DNA from: an uncultured Methylomirabilota bacterium
GTDB taxonomy: Bacteria > Methylomirabilota > Methylomirabilia > Methylomirabilales > 2-02-FULL-66-22
Length of the DNA: 64,000 bases
Assembly: GCA_963845565.1 (NCBI GenBank)
Contig: CAWJSJ010000002.1
Span: 832,001 to 896,000 of the forward strand
Direction of reading: 5' to 3'
Under the pieces are notes generated by a model. That model was given only the letters and a program-made list of their open reading frames with translations, was not told the origin of the DNA and did no database searches. Position numbers and translations under genes: made by a program. Below are positions 10,020 through 20,313 of this stretch, piece after piece (the first letter of the stretch is position 1; the number at the start of each line of letters is the position of its first letter).

Positions 10020-10780
10020 CAGACATCTTCCCCCAGATACGCCTTGATGACTTCGGGATTCGTTTGGATATCAGCCGGTTGTCCTTCCGCAATCAATTTG
10101 CCGAAGTTCAGCACGAACACGTATTCGGTCAACCCCATGACCACTTTCATATCGTGTTCCACCACCAAGACGGTGATGCCGAAATCCCTGATCTTCCGGA
10201 TGAATTCGACCAGTTCCTGTTTCTCTTTGGTGTTCATTCCGGCTGCCGGCTCGTCCAGGAGGAGGAGTTTCGGATCGCTGGCTATGCCGCGGCAGATTTC
10301 CAACCGGCGCTGTTCGCCGTAGGATAGGTTCCTGGAGGTTTCTCCGGCTTTATGCTGCAGTCCAACCATGTGCAGAATCTCCATGGACTTGTCCCGGAGA
10401 TCCTTTTCTTCCTTTCGCTGGGCCGGCGTCCGGAATACGCTGCCCGCGATTCCCGCTGATAGCCGCGGATGCCGTCCGACCATGATGTTTTCCAGGACGG
10501 TCATGCTGCGAAACAGGTTGATATTCTGGTACGTCCGGGCGATACCCAGATTGTTGACCTGGTAGGGGTGCAGGCCGTCAATTCTGTGGTCCTGAAAGTG
10601 AATCGTTCCACCAGACGGTTTGTAGTATCCCGCGATCACGTTGAACAACGTCGTTTTGCCGGCACCGTTCGGGCCGATGAGTCCGCAAATATCGTGCGGC
10701 TTGATCTGCAAGGTCACATGATCCACGGCAGTCAAGCCGCCAAATTTCATCGTCACGTTTTCGACGCTAATCAGCGACAC
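10019..10780 (-). CDS. livG: Branched-chain-type ABC transporter ATP-binding protein
   Basis: FGGLTAV, GPNGAGKTT, LSYGEQRRLEI, DEPAAGMN, VEHDM, AYLG. Confidence 0.92.
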   Translation of the reverse strand: MSLISVENVTMKFGGLTAVDHVTLQIKPHDICGLIGPNGAGKTTLFNVIAGYYKPSGGTIHFQDHRIDGLHPYQVNNLGIARTYQNINLFRSMTVLENIMVGRHPRLSAGIAGSVFRTPAQRKEEKDLRDKSMEILHMVGLQHKAGETSRNLSYGEQRRLEICRGIASDPKLLLLDEPAAGMNTKEKQELVEFIRKIRDFGITVLVVEHDMKVVMGLTEYVFVLNFGKLIAEGQPADIQTNPEVIKAYLGEDV

Positions 10781-11744
10781 GGTTCACCGCCTTCAGCAGA
10801 TGTCGCTGAATCATCTTCACGACGCCCACCAAACCTTCCGGCACGTAGATGACCGCGACCACGATGAAGATGCCGTACACCAGCATCTGATACGAACCCA
10901 ACACCTGGATGGCTTCATTGATGACCGTAATCACGACCGCCCCGATGATCGGACCGACAAACGTCCCCATCCCGCCGCACAGGACGGCGGTCAAGAACAG
11001 GACCGACTGATCCAACGTAAATGACTCCGGGCTGATGAAGCCGATGTAGTGCGCGTAGAGCGCGCCGGCGATGCCGGTGAATGCGGCACTGCAGGCAAAC
11101 GCCACCACCTTGTAGTACGTCACGTTGATTCCCATGGCATTCGCGGCGTCGGTATTCTCGCGAATTGCGATGAACGCGCGTCCAATTCGGGAATCCACGA
11201 TACGCTGTTTGACCAGCAACGACAGCACGACGACGGCCAGCACGATGTAGTAATAGCTGGACACATTGAAGACATAGTCCCCGATGCGGGGCATCGGAAT
11301 AGCCCGCACACCGGTGAAGCTCCCCGTCAGGTCGGGCAGGTTGATGATCGCCTGATGGGTCAGTTCGCCGATCCCGATCGTGACGAGGGCGAGGAACATG
11401 TGCACCAGCTTGCAGATTGGAAGCGCGACCAGCGCCGCAAAAACGGTCGCGAGCACGCCACCGGCGAGCATGGCGAGCCAGACGTTGATCCCGAGCTTGG
11501 TCGTCAGGATGGCAGACGTATATGCGCCCACCGCATAGAACGCTGCCTGCCCGATCGAAATCTGGCCGGAATATCCGAACAGAAGGTCGAGCCCGATAGA
11601 CGCGATGACAAAGATGCCTGATAGACTCAGAATGAGCATCAGGTAGGCGTTGTTCCCCACCCACGCGGGGAGCCCCACGAATACGAGGATGAACGCCAGG
11701 GCTATGAGCCAATTCTTGTAACGGGCCAAGATGTCATCTCCCAC
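10767..11744 (-). CDS. livM: Branched-chain-type ABC transporter permease
   Basis: GYSGQISIGQAAF, SRIGRAFIAIREN, GIAGALYAH, GGMGT. Confidence 0.9.
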   Translation of the reverse strand: MGDDILARYKNWLIALAFILVFVGLPAWVGNNAYLMLILSLSGIFVIASIGLDLLFGYSGQISIGQAAFYAVGAYTSAILTTKLGINVWLAMLAGGVLATVFAALVALPICKLVHMFLALVTIGIGELTHQAIINLPDLTGSFTGVRAIPMPRIGDYVFNVSSYYYIVLAVVVLSLLVKQRIVDSRIGRAFIAIRENTDAANAMGINVTYYKVVAFACSAAFTGIAGALYAHYIGFISPESFTLDQSVLFLTAVLCGGMGTFVGPIIGAVVITVINEAIQVLGSYQMLVYGIFIVVAVIYVPEGLVGVVKMIQRHLLKAVNRVAD

Positions 11745-11753
11745 ATCGAGGGG

Positions 11754-12626
11754 TTACGATTCGATAATCTTCTCGTTGAAAATCCCGGTCGGCTTGATGA
11801 CGAGAAACACGATGAACACAAAGAACGCGATGAAGTCTTTGTAGCTCGACGACAGGTACCCTGCCGCCATCGTTTCGATCACCCCAACGATCATTCCGCC
11901 CAAGATCGCGCCGTACATATTGCCGTACCCGCCGATGACGGCGGCGGCAAAGCCTTTCAGTCCGATCAAGGCGCCCATCAGCATGTATACGCCGTACACG
12001 GGGCCGATGATGATGCCGCTGACGGCCGCCAAAGCAGACGAGATGGCCCAGCTCAACCCTTTGGAAAAGGAGACGTTGATCCCGCAGACATTTGCGGCGT
12101 TGCTGTCCTGGGCAGCCGCCCGCATGGCCGTCCCGATCTTGGTGTAATTCATGAACAGATGCAGGAGCACCATGGACGCCAAGGCGACGACAATTCCCGA
12201 AATAGACTCAGGAGCCACCTTGACCGTACCAAATTCAAGATATTCGACTTTGAAAATGGGAGGGAACTGCTGGATCTCACTTGTCCAAATAATGGCTGCA
12301 AGGTTCTGCAGGGCGATCGAGATGCCGATGGTCGCAAGGACCACATGAATCGCGGACCCGCCGCCGCCAAGAATCGTGCGGATAATGGTTTTTTCGAAGA
12401 CGAAACCAAACACGAACATAATCACCACGGTCGCCAGCAGCGCCACGAGGAACGGCATGTGGAATAGCTTGAAAAATGTGTACCCCAGGAACGCGCCGAT
12501 CATCAGGACCTCACCCTGGGCGAAGGTGAGCAGCCCCGACGTCTTGTAGATGATTCCGTACCCCAGGCCCAGCAGGCCATAAATCCCGCCGAGCATGATG
12601 GCACCGATCAGCAACTGAATAAACAT
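11754..12626 (-). CDS. livH: Branched-chain-type ABC transporter permease
   Basis: GGIYGLLGLG, FAQGE, TKIGTAMRAAAQD, KGFAAAVIGG, KPTG. Confidence 0.9.
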   Translation of the reverse strand: MFIQLLIGAIMLGGIYGLLGLGYGIIYKTSGLLTFAQGEVLMIGAFLGYTFFKLFHMPFLVALLATVVIMFVFGFVFEKTIIRTILGGGGSAIHVVLATIGISIALQNLAAIIWTSEIQQFPPIFKVEYLEFGTVKVAPESISGIVVALASMVLLHLFMNYTKIGTAMRAAAQDSNAANVCGINVSFSKGLSWAISSALAAVSGIIIGPVYGVYMLMGALIGLKGFAAAVIGGYGNMYGAILGGMIVGVIETMAAGYLSSSYKDFIAFFVFIVFLVIKPTGIFNEKIIES

Positions 12627-12663
12627 AGCGTCTGCATCTCCCAATATCGCTGACCAGATCTAG

Positions 12664-12826
12664 CAGGCTGCTGAAAGAGGCCCATCTGCCGCGTTGCGGC
12701 CACCCATCGGAATGGGTACCCGGCGCGGCGCTGCGACGTACGCGCTAAGTACGCCTCCGACCCGCCTGCGGTGGGTACCCCGCGGATCGCGCCGCGCCTT
12801 GCATCTGGGCCTTTTTGAGCAGCCTG
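12664..12826. repeat. MITE/REP-like repeat family A, copy 1
   Basis: Imperfect 26-bp terminal inverted repeats CAGGCTGCTGAAAGAGGCCCATCTGC / GCATCTGGGCCTTTTTGAGCAGCCTG; core GCTGCGACGTAC..AGTACGCCTC shared with 29579 and 34067. Confidence 0.82.
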
Positions 12827-13004
12827 AAAGAAAACTGATTTTCAGCTTCCTCCCAGAAGGCGCGAGCCGATTATGGGCGTCAGCGGTGCCGACCTGCCAC
12901 CGGCACGGACGCGCCGGTGGCAGGTCTGGCTTCGAGCCGAGTTACCACAGATGCATGCTGACAAGTGTAGTCGAGATCCCGTCGACAACCTGACATTTCA
13001 TGGG

Positions 13005-14186
13005 CTATGGCGCGAGCTCCATCACCTTGCCTTCTTGGATGACGAAGAAGCTGGAGATCTTGATGCCATCGCCCTTGGCCCCCTTGAAATTGAACTTTCC
13101 GCCCAGCCCTTCGTAATCGTCAATGTTTTCAATGGCGTCGCGGACCTTGGGTCCCTCGACCGACTTCGCATTCGCAAACGCCTTCATGAGGATCTTCATG
13201 CCGTCATAGGCGCGATAGGTGTTCTCGCTCATCGGCGCTTCTTTGTAGTTCGCGAAATAGGTCTCCAAGTACTTTTGGAGCAGGGGATTCTTGAAGTTCT
13301 TGATGTCGTCCTTGGTGTCGGGCAGGATGTACGGTGCGGTGAAGTACACGCCGTTTGCGGCACTGCCGGCGATCTCGCGCACGGGCTTGGCCGAGAACGA
13401 GGTGTCACCGATCACCGGCTTGTTGAATCCGGCTTTCCGCAATTGCTTCATGACCGGCCCCGCGTCATTGGACAGCACGACCACGAAGACGACATCGGCA
13501 CCCGACTGGACGATCTTCGCGCACTGACCGGTGAAATCCTGATCGCCCGCCTTGTGCGTCTCACGTGCGACGATTTCGTACCCGCCGGCCTTCTCCAGCA
13601 ATTCGGCCATATCTTTCGTGGAGCCGATGCCGAATTCATCGTTGATATGGAAGAAGGCAACCTTCTTCGCATTCAGTCTCTTGAAGAGCTTCAGGGACTC
13701 CAAGTTCGTGTAGTAGGTGTTGACCACCGGCCGGAAGATATACGTCCACCCCTGACGAGTCCACGTGGCACCAACCGCGCCGCCCATCAACGGAACCTTC
13801 GCCGCTTCTATGGTCGGGCCGACCGCAAAGATGGAGTTGCTCAGCTGCGGCCCGTAGATCGCGTGCACCTTGTCCTGGTTGACCAGCCGGGTGACGGCCT
13901 TCATCGCCTCGGCCGGGTTGCCCTTTTCGTCGTACACGACCAGCTCGATCGGCTTCCCGTTGATCTTGCCGCCGGCTTCCTTGATGGCAATATCGTGCCC
14001 GCGTCGAGAGTCGATGCCCATCTGGGCGCCCGGCCCGGTCAGGTACAGCGCGACGCCGATCTTGACGGCCTTGGCGTCTTCCCATGACTTGTCTGGGGCT
14101 GCCGCCGCGCCGGCGCTCGCAATGTTCGGGAGCGCGCCGACCGCGAACACGGCCAACAACATCATCAACACGAGAACCTTTTTCAT
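13005..14186 (-). CDS. Branched-chain-type ABC transporter substrate-binding protein (LivK-like)
   Basis: Signal peptide MKKVLVL; KIGVALYLTGP; INGKPIELVVYD; YDG motif; heads the liv operon. Confidence 0.88.
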   Translation of the reverse strand: MKKVLVLMMLLAVFAVGALPNIASAGAAAAPDKSWEDAKAVKIGVALYLTGPGAQMGIDSRRGHDIAIKEAGGKINGKPIELVVYDEKGNPAEAMKAVTRLVNQDKVHAIYGPQLSNSIFAVGPTIEAAKVPLMGGAVGATWTRQGWTYIFRPVVNTYYTNLESLKLFKRLNAKKVAFFHINDEFGIGSTKDMAELLEKAGGYEIVARETHKAGDQDFTGQCAKIVQSGADVVFVVVLSNDAGPVMKQLRKAGFNKPVIGDTSFSAKPVREIAGSAANGVYFTAPYILPDTKDDIKNFKNPLLQKYLETYFANYKEAPMSENTYRAYDGMKILMKAFANAKSVEGPKVRDAIENIDDYEGLGGKFNFKGAKGDGIKISSFFVIQEGKVMELAP

Positions 14187-14356
14187 GATTGCCCTCCTGT
14201 CTCTACGCCCTGTTCTCACCAAGTACACTCACTGTGGGATTCGCCCTTGCGTCACCATCCCTCCCTTCCAAACTCATGAGGTTCTGAAACTCCAGCTTGC
14301 CGGACCAGATTCCCCTGCTGCAGCCGTGCGCTTCGCAGTCTCGCACGATTCCCGGC

Positions 14357-15337
14357 CTACTCGGACGGGTCGCGGAGCGATGGGTGTTTCTTCAGCACCT
14401 TGATGAAGTCAATCAGCATCGTGTTCCGCCGGGCCAGGATGCGCTCGACATCGCCCGGGCCGTACTCGTAGACGCCGCCGCCGGATTTTGCCCCGAGGCG
14501 GCCCTGCGCCGCGAGGGTCGCGAACAGTGGCGGCGGCGCGGTGTCGTTCGAAAGAAGCGGGAAGAGGAGGGCCACAGTGGCGGCATGCGTATCCACGCCG
14601 GCGAGGTCCGCGTGCTCGAGTGGCCCCACGACCGACCAGCGGAAGCCCAGCCCCTGCTTCAGAGCGATCTCCAGGTCTGCGCCGCTGCAGGCACCGATCC
14701 GCTCCAGGTAAAAGAATTCGCGTTCCAGAGAGCGCTGGAGCCGATTCCCGACGAAGCCCGGGATGTCCTTCTGTACCCGGATGGGGGACTTGCCGATGGT
14801 CTGGGCCAAGCGATATGTTGCGTCCATCGCCTCGTCCGACGTCCGCTCGCCCCGGATCACCTCCACGAGAGGGATCAGGTGCGGTGGATTGAACCAATGA
14901 AAGCCGACGACTCGTTCCGGGTATTTCGTATCTCGGGCGACCTGGGTGATAGGGAGGCTGGAAGTGTTGGTGGACAGGATTGTCTCGGGCGGGGCCAGCC
15001 GGTCCAACTCGGCAAAGAGCGGCTGCTTGACGTCCAACCGCTCGGGGACGTTCTCGCTGACGAAGGCCGCGCCCGCCAGGGCCTCCTGGAGGTTCTGGGT
15101 CACCGAGATCCGCGCACACGCCGCCTCCGCATCCGCCGGGGCGAGCAGTTCGTGCCGGACCAGCTCGTCCTGGTTCACGCGGATGCGCCGGAGCGCCGCC
15201 TCCAACGTCTCGCGCTTCCGCGCCTGCAGACGGACGGGGTGGCCAGCCTGCGCAAAGATCTGGGCGATCCCCGCCCCCATGGTACCGGCGCCGACGACAG
15301 CGACAGGACATTTCGTAGTGGAGCCGTCGGGCATCAT
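14357..15337 (-). CDS. 3-hydroxyacyl-CoA dehydrogenase family protein
   Basis: VVGAGTMGAGIA, ENVPE..K, STNTSS, HWFNPP, PGFVGNRLQ. Confidence 0.9.
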   Translation of the reverse strand: MMPDGSTTKCPVAVVGAGTMGAGIAQIFAQAGHPVRLQARKRETLEAALRRIRVNQDELVRHELLAPADAEAACARISVTQNLQEALAGAAFVSENVPERLDVKQPLFAELDRLAPPETILSTNTSSLPITQVARDTKYPERVVGFHWFNPPHLIPLVEVIRGERTSDEAMDATYRLAQTIGKSPIRVQKDIPGFVGNRLQRSLEREFFYLERIGACSGADLEIALKQGLGFRWSVVGPLEHADLAGVDTHAATVALLFPLLSNDTAPPPLFATLAAQGRLGAKSGGGVYEYGPGDVERILARRNTMLIDFIKVLKKHPSLRDPSE

Positions 15338-15376
15338 GTCGTCCTCCGCATGTTCTTCAGCCAGCAGCCCCCAGTC

Positions 15377-16180
15377 TCAGCGGGCTCGCCGCAACATTGC
15401 GGCGGCGCCACCATTCCTACGGCCTGCGCCCAAAGCCCGAGAGAGCGATTGTGCGTGGGCCTGCAGGCTCGGGACGAGACTGCGCGCGCGCCGATCACTG
15501 AACCTGGGATGTGGACCCGAGATCCCAAGGCTGGCAATGACCTGGTCCTGATGATCGAAAATCGGCACGGCCACACCCCGGGCCCCCAGGAGATTCTGCT
15601 GGAAGCTGACCGCCCAGCCCTGGGCGCATATTTGCGCCAGAATCGCGCGGAGCTTTCTCGGCTCCGTCACGGTGTATGGTGTTACGGCGGAGAGACCCGG
15701 CCGCCGGAGGTACTTGATCAGGAAACTTTCGGGCAGAAAGGCGAGCACGGCACGCCCCAGCGCAGAGGTGTGGAGAGGAACCGGTCGGCCCTTTTCCGGC
15801 ATGAACCGGATGGTATTCGTACTGCAGACCGCCTCGGCGCACACGACCTCGTTGCCTTGCAGCAAGCACAACTGCGAGGTTTCTCCCGACTCTCGCGCCA
15901 GCGCTTCTAGGCTCGGCAACGCGAGGCTTCCGATATCAATGTGGGTCCGCACGACAGCCAGTAACCGGAGGAGGCTCGCGTGCAGCTCGTACCCCTTCCC
16001 GCTGGCGCTCCGGGCGAGCACGCCCTTCTTGCAGAGGGTTGCGGCGAGCCGGTAAGCCGTGCTTTCGGGCAGTTTCAGCGCTTGGGAGAGGTCTTCAAGG
16101 GAGAGGGTTGGCTTCTCTTCCGAGAAGAGGAAGAGGAGATCGATGCCGCGCTCCAGGGATTGGAGAGTTTTTGTGGCCAT
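15377..16180 (-). CDS. IclR family transcriptional regulator
   Basis: QSLERG N-terminal HTH; SGET; PLHTSALG; GVAVPIF..SLGISGP. Confidence 0.92.
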   Translation of the reverse strand: MATKTLQSLERGIDLLFLFSEEKPTLSLEDLSQALKLPESTAYRLAATLCKKGVLARSASGKGYELHASLLRLLAVVRTHIDIGSLALPSLEALARESGETSQLCLLQGNEVVCAEAVCSTNTIRFMPEKGRPVPLHTSALGRAVLAFLPESFLIKYLRRPGLSAVTPYTVTEPRKLRAILAQICAQGWAVSFQQNLLGARGVAVPIFDHQDQVIASLGISGPHPRFSDRRARSLVPSLQAHAQSLSRALGAGRRNGGAAAMLRRAR

Positions 16181-16197
16181 AGCGGAGTGTCACTATG

Positions 16198-16250
16198 TGC
16201 AATTTCACATTTGCATAGTCCAAGTATCATTGTCGCGGATGGGCTGTCAA
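16198..16250 (-). promoter_or_regulatory. Putative sigma70 promoter and palindromic operator of the IclR gene
   Basis: Minus-strand TTGACA (16245-16250), N16, GATACT; then TGCAA-ATGTGAAA-TTGCA palindrome (16198-16215). Confidence 0.5.
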
Positions 16251-16313
16251 GGCCATTCTGGACTTTGCTCGTGCGAACGGGTGAGCACCCCTCCGCTCGG
16301 CAAGCCCTGTCGG

Positions 16314-17012
16314 TTACGAAGTGTTCGCCAGGCGTTCCATGGCCTGGAGGCGGTGGCGCTCGATGGCCCTGCACGCGCGCGGGATGTCACGGGCTTCCAG
16401 GGCTTTCAGGATCTGCTCGTGCTCGACGAGCGATTCGCGGGCGAACCCGCCGCGACGCGCGTGCATGATGATCCGGTAGTACTCGCCGCGATCCCAGAGG
16501 TTTTGCAGGAGCTGCGTGGTCTGCGGGAGTCCTGACGCCTCCCATAAACACCGGTGGAAGGCTCCGTCGGCCGCGGTCGCGCGGCTGGCGTCGTTGGCTC
16601 TGCGGGCGCGAACCAGCTCTGCCTGCTGGGCGCGGAGGCGCACGAGGAGCGCGGGCGCATGCGTGGGTTGCACCTCTCGAAGACACAAGACCTCGAGGGC
16701 GGCCATCAGTAGGAATCGCTCCCTGAATTCCACCGGCGAGGGGCTGGTCACGACAACGTCCTTATGCGGTGTGATGCGAACGAACCCTTCCGTCTCAAGC
16801 CGGCGGAGCGCTTGCATAACAGGGATGCGGCTCACCCCCGACGCCGTCGCCAAGGTGTTCACGACCAGCCGTTGCCCGGGAGAAAACCGGCCCTCGGCGA
16901 TGGCGTGGCGGATATCCTGATACGCCAGCCCCTCGAGGGTGCGGTGCTTGCGGATAGACGGGAGCGGCGCGACCGAACTCGGCTGAGCGTGGCGCAGAGC
17001 GTTCCGCACCAC
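16314..17012 (-). CDS. GntR family (FCD) transcriptional regulator
   Basis: PGQRL, GVSRIPVMQALRRLETEG HTH; FH and EH motifs of the FCD domain. Confidence 0.9.
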   Translation of the reverse strand: MVRNALRHAQPSSVAPLPSIRKHRTLEGLAYQDIRHAIAEGRFSPGQRLVVNTLATASGVSRIPVMQALRRLETEGFVRITPHKDVVVTSPSPVEFRERFLLMAALEVLCLREVQPTHAPALLVRLRAQQAELVRARRANDASRATAADGAFHRCLWEASGLPQTTQLLQNLWDRGEYYRIIMHARRGGFARESLVEHEQILKALEARDIPRACRAIERHRLQAMERLANTS

Positions 17013-17137
17013 TCCGGGAGCGTCGAGGAGTCGGCATGGGACGCGACGGTTTCGCCGGGTCTCTCGTCTCGCGTGGGACGTCAGGGGAGATGCGGGCAGA
17101 TCGCCTCATTCGTCGCACCAGGATCCTGCAAACGGAT

Positions 17138-18418
17138 CTAGCGTAAGGGCATGACGAGGTCTGGAAGCCAGGTTGAGAGGATCGGCACGTAGGTCACAAT
17201 CCCCAGGCAGAGAATGAGGGTGACGATCAATGGCCAGGCCTCCCGGCTGAACTGCCCGATGGAGATCTTGCCCAAGGAGCAGACCACGTACATGATGGTG
17301 CCGACGGGGGGGGTGATGGTACCGATCATCGCGTTGAGGACGAACACCACCCCGAAGTGGAGCGGATCGATCCCGGCCGACTGGAGGAGCGGCATCAACA
17401 CGGGGACCGCCATCACCATCACCGCCAACCCTTCCATGAAGCAGCCAAGCACCAGGAGAATCACGTTGAGGATCAGCAGCAACACCGCCTTCGACAACTG
17501 CGCGTCCTGGAAGAGGGCGAGCACCTTCATGGGCGCCTGCTCGTATGTAAGAATCCAGCTCATCGGCTGGGCCGCCGAAATGATGATGGCGACGGCGGCC
17601 GTTCCCATCACCGACTCGGTCAGAATCTTGGGAAGATCTTGGAGCCGAAGTTCCTGGTAGATGAAGAAGCCGAGCACGAAGGCATACATCGCGCCGGCCG
17701 CCGCCGCCTCCGTCGGCGTCATGACGCCCAAGATGATGCCGCCCAGGATGATAATCGGCATCCCCATAGGCGGAACGGCATGGAGCGCCGCCCGCGCAAG
17801 CTCGCGTTGACTTGCGCGCAACTCGGCAGGATATCCGCGCCGCCTAGCGACCACGCAGATGTAGGCCATGAGCATGAGACCCATCAGGACGCCTGGCACC
17901 GCACCGGCCAAGAGGAGCCGGCCGATGGAGGTATTCGCCAGGGAGCCGTAAATGACGAAGGGAATGCTTGGGGGGATGATGGGACCGATGGTCCCGGCCG
18001 CGGCGACGACGGCTGCCGCAAAGGGCACACTGTAACGCGCCCGCTGCATAGCGGGGATGAGCACCGATCCGGAGCCAGCGGCGTCGGCGATCCCCGAACC
18101 GGACATGCCGGCCATGATCATGTTGGTGACCACGACCACGTGGGCGAGTCCGCCCCGGATGTGGCCGACCAGGGCCTTCGAGAAGCCGACGAGGCGGTTG
18201 GTGACCCCGCCCGTGTTCATCAGGTTTCCGGCCAGAATGAAGAAGGGAATCGCCAGCAGCGGGAAGGTGTCGATGCCGCCGATCATCCGCTGTATGACAG
18301 CCTGTAAGGGGATTTTCGGGCCGACGATCATGTAGACGGTGCTAGCCATGGCCATGGACCAGGCGACAGGCATGGCGATGGCGAAGAGGGCCAGCATGAG
18401 CAGAAACAGCGTGATCAT
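17138..18418 (-). CDS. dctM: TRAP transporter large permease (DctM)
   Basis: LLAIPFFILAG, GMSGSGIADAA, IIPPSIP, TPTEAAA, TPPVG. Confidence 0.93.
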   Translation of the reverse strand: MITLFLLMLALFAIAMPVAWSMAMASTVYMIVGPKIPLQAVIQRMIGGIDTFPLLAIPFFILAGNLMNTGGVTNRLVGFSKALVGHIRGGLAHVVVVTNMIMAGMSGSGIADAAGSGSVLIPAMQRARYSVPFAAAVVAAAGTIGPIIPPSIPFVIYGSLANTSIGRLLLAGAVPGVLMGLMLMAYICVVARRRGYPAELRASQRELARAALHAVPPMGMPIIILGGIILGVMTPTEAAAAGAMYAFVLGFFIYQELRLQDLPKILTESVMGTAAVAIIISAAQPMSWILTYEQAPMKVLALFQDAQLSKAVLLLILNVILLVLGCFMEGLAVMVMAVPVLMPLLQSAGIDPLHFGVVFVLNAMIGTITPPVGTIMYVVCSLGKISIGQFSREAWPLIVTLILCLGIVTYVPILSTWLPDLVMPLR

Positions 18419-18909
18419 CGCTCGCCCCTCTGTCCGGCTTGCCGGATGCGCCGCCCGAGACTCCCCAGGGATCGTAGCGCAATGAGCGCGGCCGACGCCG
18501 GCACGACCACGTAGACGACCGACATCGGCACGTACAGGGTCGACGTGGGCTGCGTCGTGAAGGTCGTCAGGAGCCAGCCGTAGTACGCCAACACGGTCAT
18601 CAGTGCGAAGGTGAGGGCGTCCACGAGCGCCGCGAGACCGGCCTGCACCCGAGGGGGGAGAGAGAGCGCAAGGCCGTCAATAACGATGTGACGCCCACGC
18701 TTGGTGCACACGGCAGCCCCCAGGAAGACGATCCAAATGAAGGCGTAGCGGGAGAATTCCTCAGCCCATTCGAGCGGGCTATTGAAGAAATACCGCGCCA
18801 CAACGTTTCCGAAGGTGGCGAGCGACATCAGGACAAGGAGCGACCCGGAGGCGATTTCCTCGCCGTTGGAAACCAGGAGGCGTAAGGCTTTCACGCAGAT
18901 TCCCTCCAA
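18415..18909 (-). CDS. dctQ: TRAP transporter small permease (DctQ)
   Basis: NVVARYFFNSPLEWAEEFSRY..W..FLG, HI; four hydrophobic segments. Confidence 0.9.
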   Translation of the reverse strand: MEGICVKALRLLVSNGEEIASGSLLVLMSLATFGNVVARYFFNSPLEWAEEFSRYAFIWIVFLGAAVCTKRGRHIVIDGLALSLPPRVQAGLAALVDALTFALMTVLAYYGWLLTTFTTQPTSTLYVPMSVVYVVVPASAALIALRSLGSLGRRIRQAGQRGER

Positions 18910-18947
18910 GGACCGGGACGGCCCACCGTGGTAGGCGGATGGTGTGG

Positions 18948-18981
18948 GCAGATGGGAGGAGGGCTCCCGCCTCCCATCTGC
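18948..18981 (-). terminator. Strong hairpin between dctP and dctQ (mRNA stabiliser or partial terminator)
   Basis: GCAGATGGGAGG...CCTCCCATCTGC 12-bp perfect outer stem; no clear U-tract. Confidence 0.5.
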
Positions 18982-18995
18982 GCGTGTCGAGTATC

Positions 18996-20036
18996 CTAGT
19001 TCTGCGCTGCGAGGATCTTCTCGTACAGTCCCTTGCCGAGCTTCCCCTCGAAGTCCTTCCAGGCGTTCTTCGTCTTCTCCGCAAACTCGGGCCGGTTCAC
19101 CGTATTTACAACCACTCCCTTCTTCTTCATATCCTCCAGGTTCTCCTTATTCACTTTGATCTGGAGAGTGCTCTGGAAATCCCCGGCCTCCATCGCGGTC
19201 TTCTCGAACAGCGCGCGTAGCTCCGGAGACAGGCTTTGGTAGAACTTCTCGTTGATGATCGCGCAGAGGTTTTGCGTCTGGTGGCCGGTGAGGGTGATGT
19301 ACTTTTGGACTTCATAGAGCTTCGCCGTGTAAATGGTGTTGATCGGGTTCTCCTGACCGTCCACGACCCCCATCTGGAGCGCCGAGTAGACTTCCTGCAT
19401 GGACAACGGAGTCACGGCGGCGCCTAGCGCGGCCATCGGCAGCCGAGCCAGGGGCGCATCCGGGGTGCGGATCTTCATCCCCTTGATATCGTCAACCTTG
19501 ACCACCTGCTTCTTCCCGGTGGTCAGATGGCGCATGCCGTAAAACCAGTTCGGATCCAGCACGCGGAGGCTGCTGATTCCAGGAGCCTTGGCAGTTGCCT
19601 CCTGAAGAATCGGACCCCGAGCCAGCCGATTCAACACGGGGAGCTGTTCTTCCTCCGTGGCGGTCTTCATCACGTACGGCATGGCAAACACCCCGATGGC
19701 TCCCCACCCGTCAATATTCGCGAGAAACGTTCCACCGATGACTGCCATATGGATCAGGCCATTCCGAACCTGCTCCACGATGTCTTTTTCGCTGCCGAGC
19801 TGTCCGTTGGGAAACACCTGGACATTGATCGCGCCCCCGGTCCGTTCTTTCATCAACTCCGAAAATTTCACGGAACCCTTGTTGACGGAAGTCTCAACCG
19901 GAATCACGTGGGCGAGCTTGATGTCCATTTTGGGGAAAGACGGTGCGCCGGCGATGCTTCCGCGCGGGGAAAAAGCCAACCCTACGAATAGCAGAGAAAT
20001 CGCCACACTTACTGCCAGCACAAATCGTTGTGTCAT
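18996..20036 (-). CDS. dctP: TRAP transporter substrate-binding protein (DctP)
   Basis: FPNGQLGSE, GMRH, KGMKIR, EVYSALQMGVVDGQENP. Confidence 0.93.
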   Translation of the reverse strand: MTQRFVLAVSVAISLLFVGLAFSPRGSIAGAPSFPKMDIKLAHVIPVETSVNKGSVKFSELMKERTGGAINVQVFPNGQLGSEKDIVEQVRNGLIHMAVIGGTFLANIDGWGAIGVFAMPYVMKTATEEEQLPVLNRLARGPILQEATAKAPGISSLRVLDPNWFYGMRHLTTGKKQVVKVDDIKGMKIRTPDAPLARLPMAALGAAVTPLSMQEVYSALQMGVVDGQENPINTIYTAKLYEVQKYITLTGHQTQNLCAIINEKFYQSLSPELRALFEKTAMEAGDFQSTLQIKVNKENLEDMKKKGVVVNTVNRPEFAEKTKNAWKDFEGKLGKGLYEKILAAQN

Positions 20037-20313
20037 CTCTCTCCTCACATTTCCGTCCAGAGCCTTGAAACGGTCCAATGTCGTTGTTCCACAAAACCAT
20101 GAGTGACACCAGCGTTGGGTTCAGCGTGCGCACGCCCGGAAAAATCTCCGGAATCCCACCTCCCTTCGTTGTCGGAGCCGCAATCGGTCCCAGCGCGCTC
20201 CCGGGATCGTGATTGGACTCTCCCTTGTGCGTCGGCCCGCGACGGAAACGTGGGGGCCGATGGGCTCGTACCACTTCGCGGGTTCACGTCCCTGCTGTCT
20301 TGAAACGTGGCTT

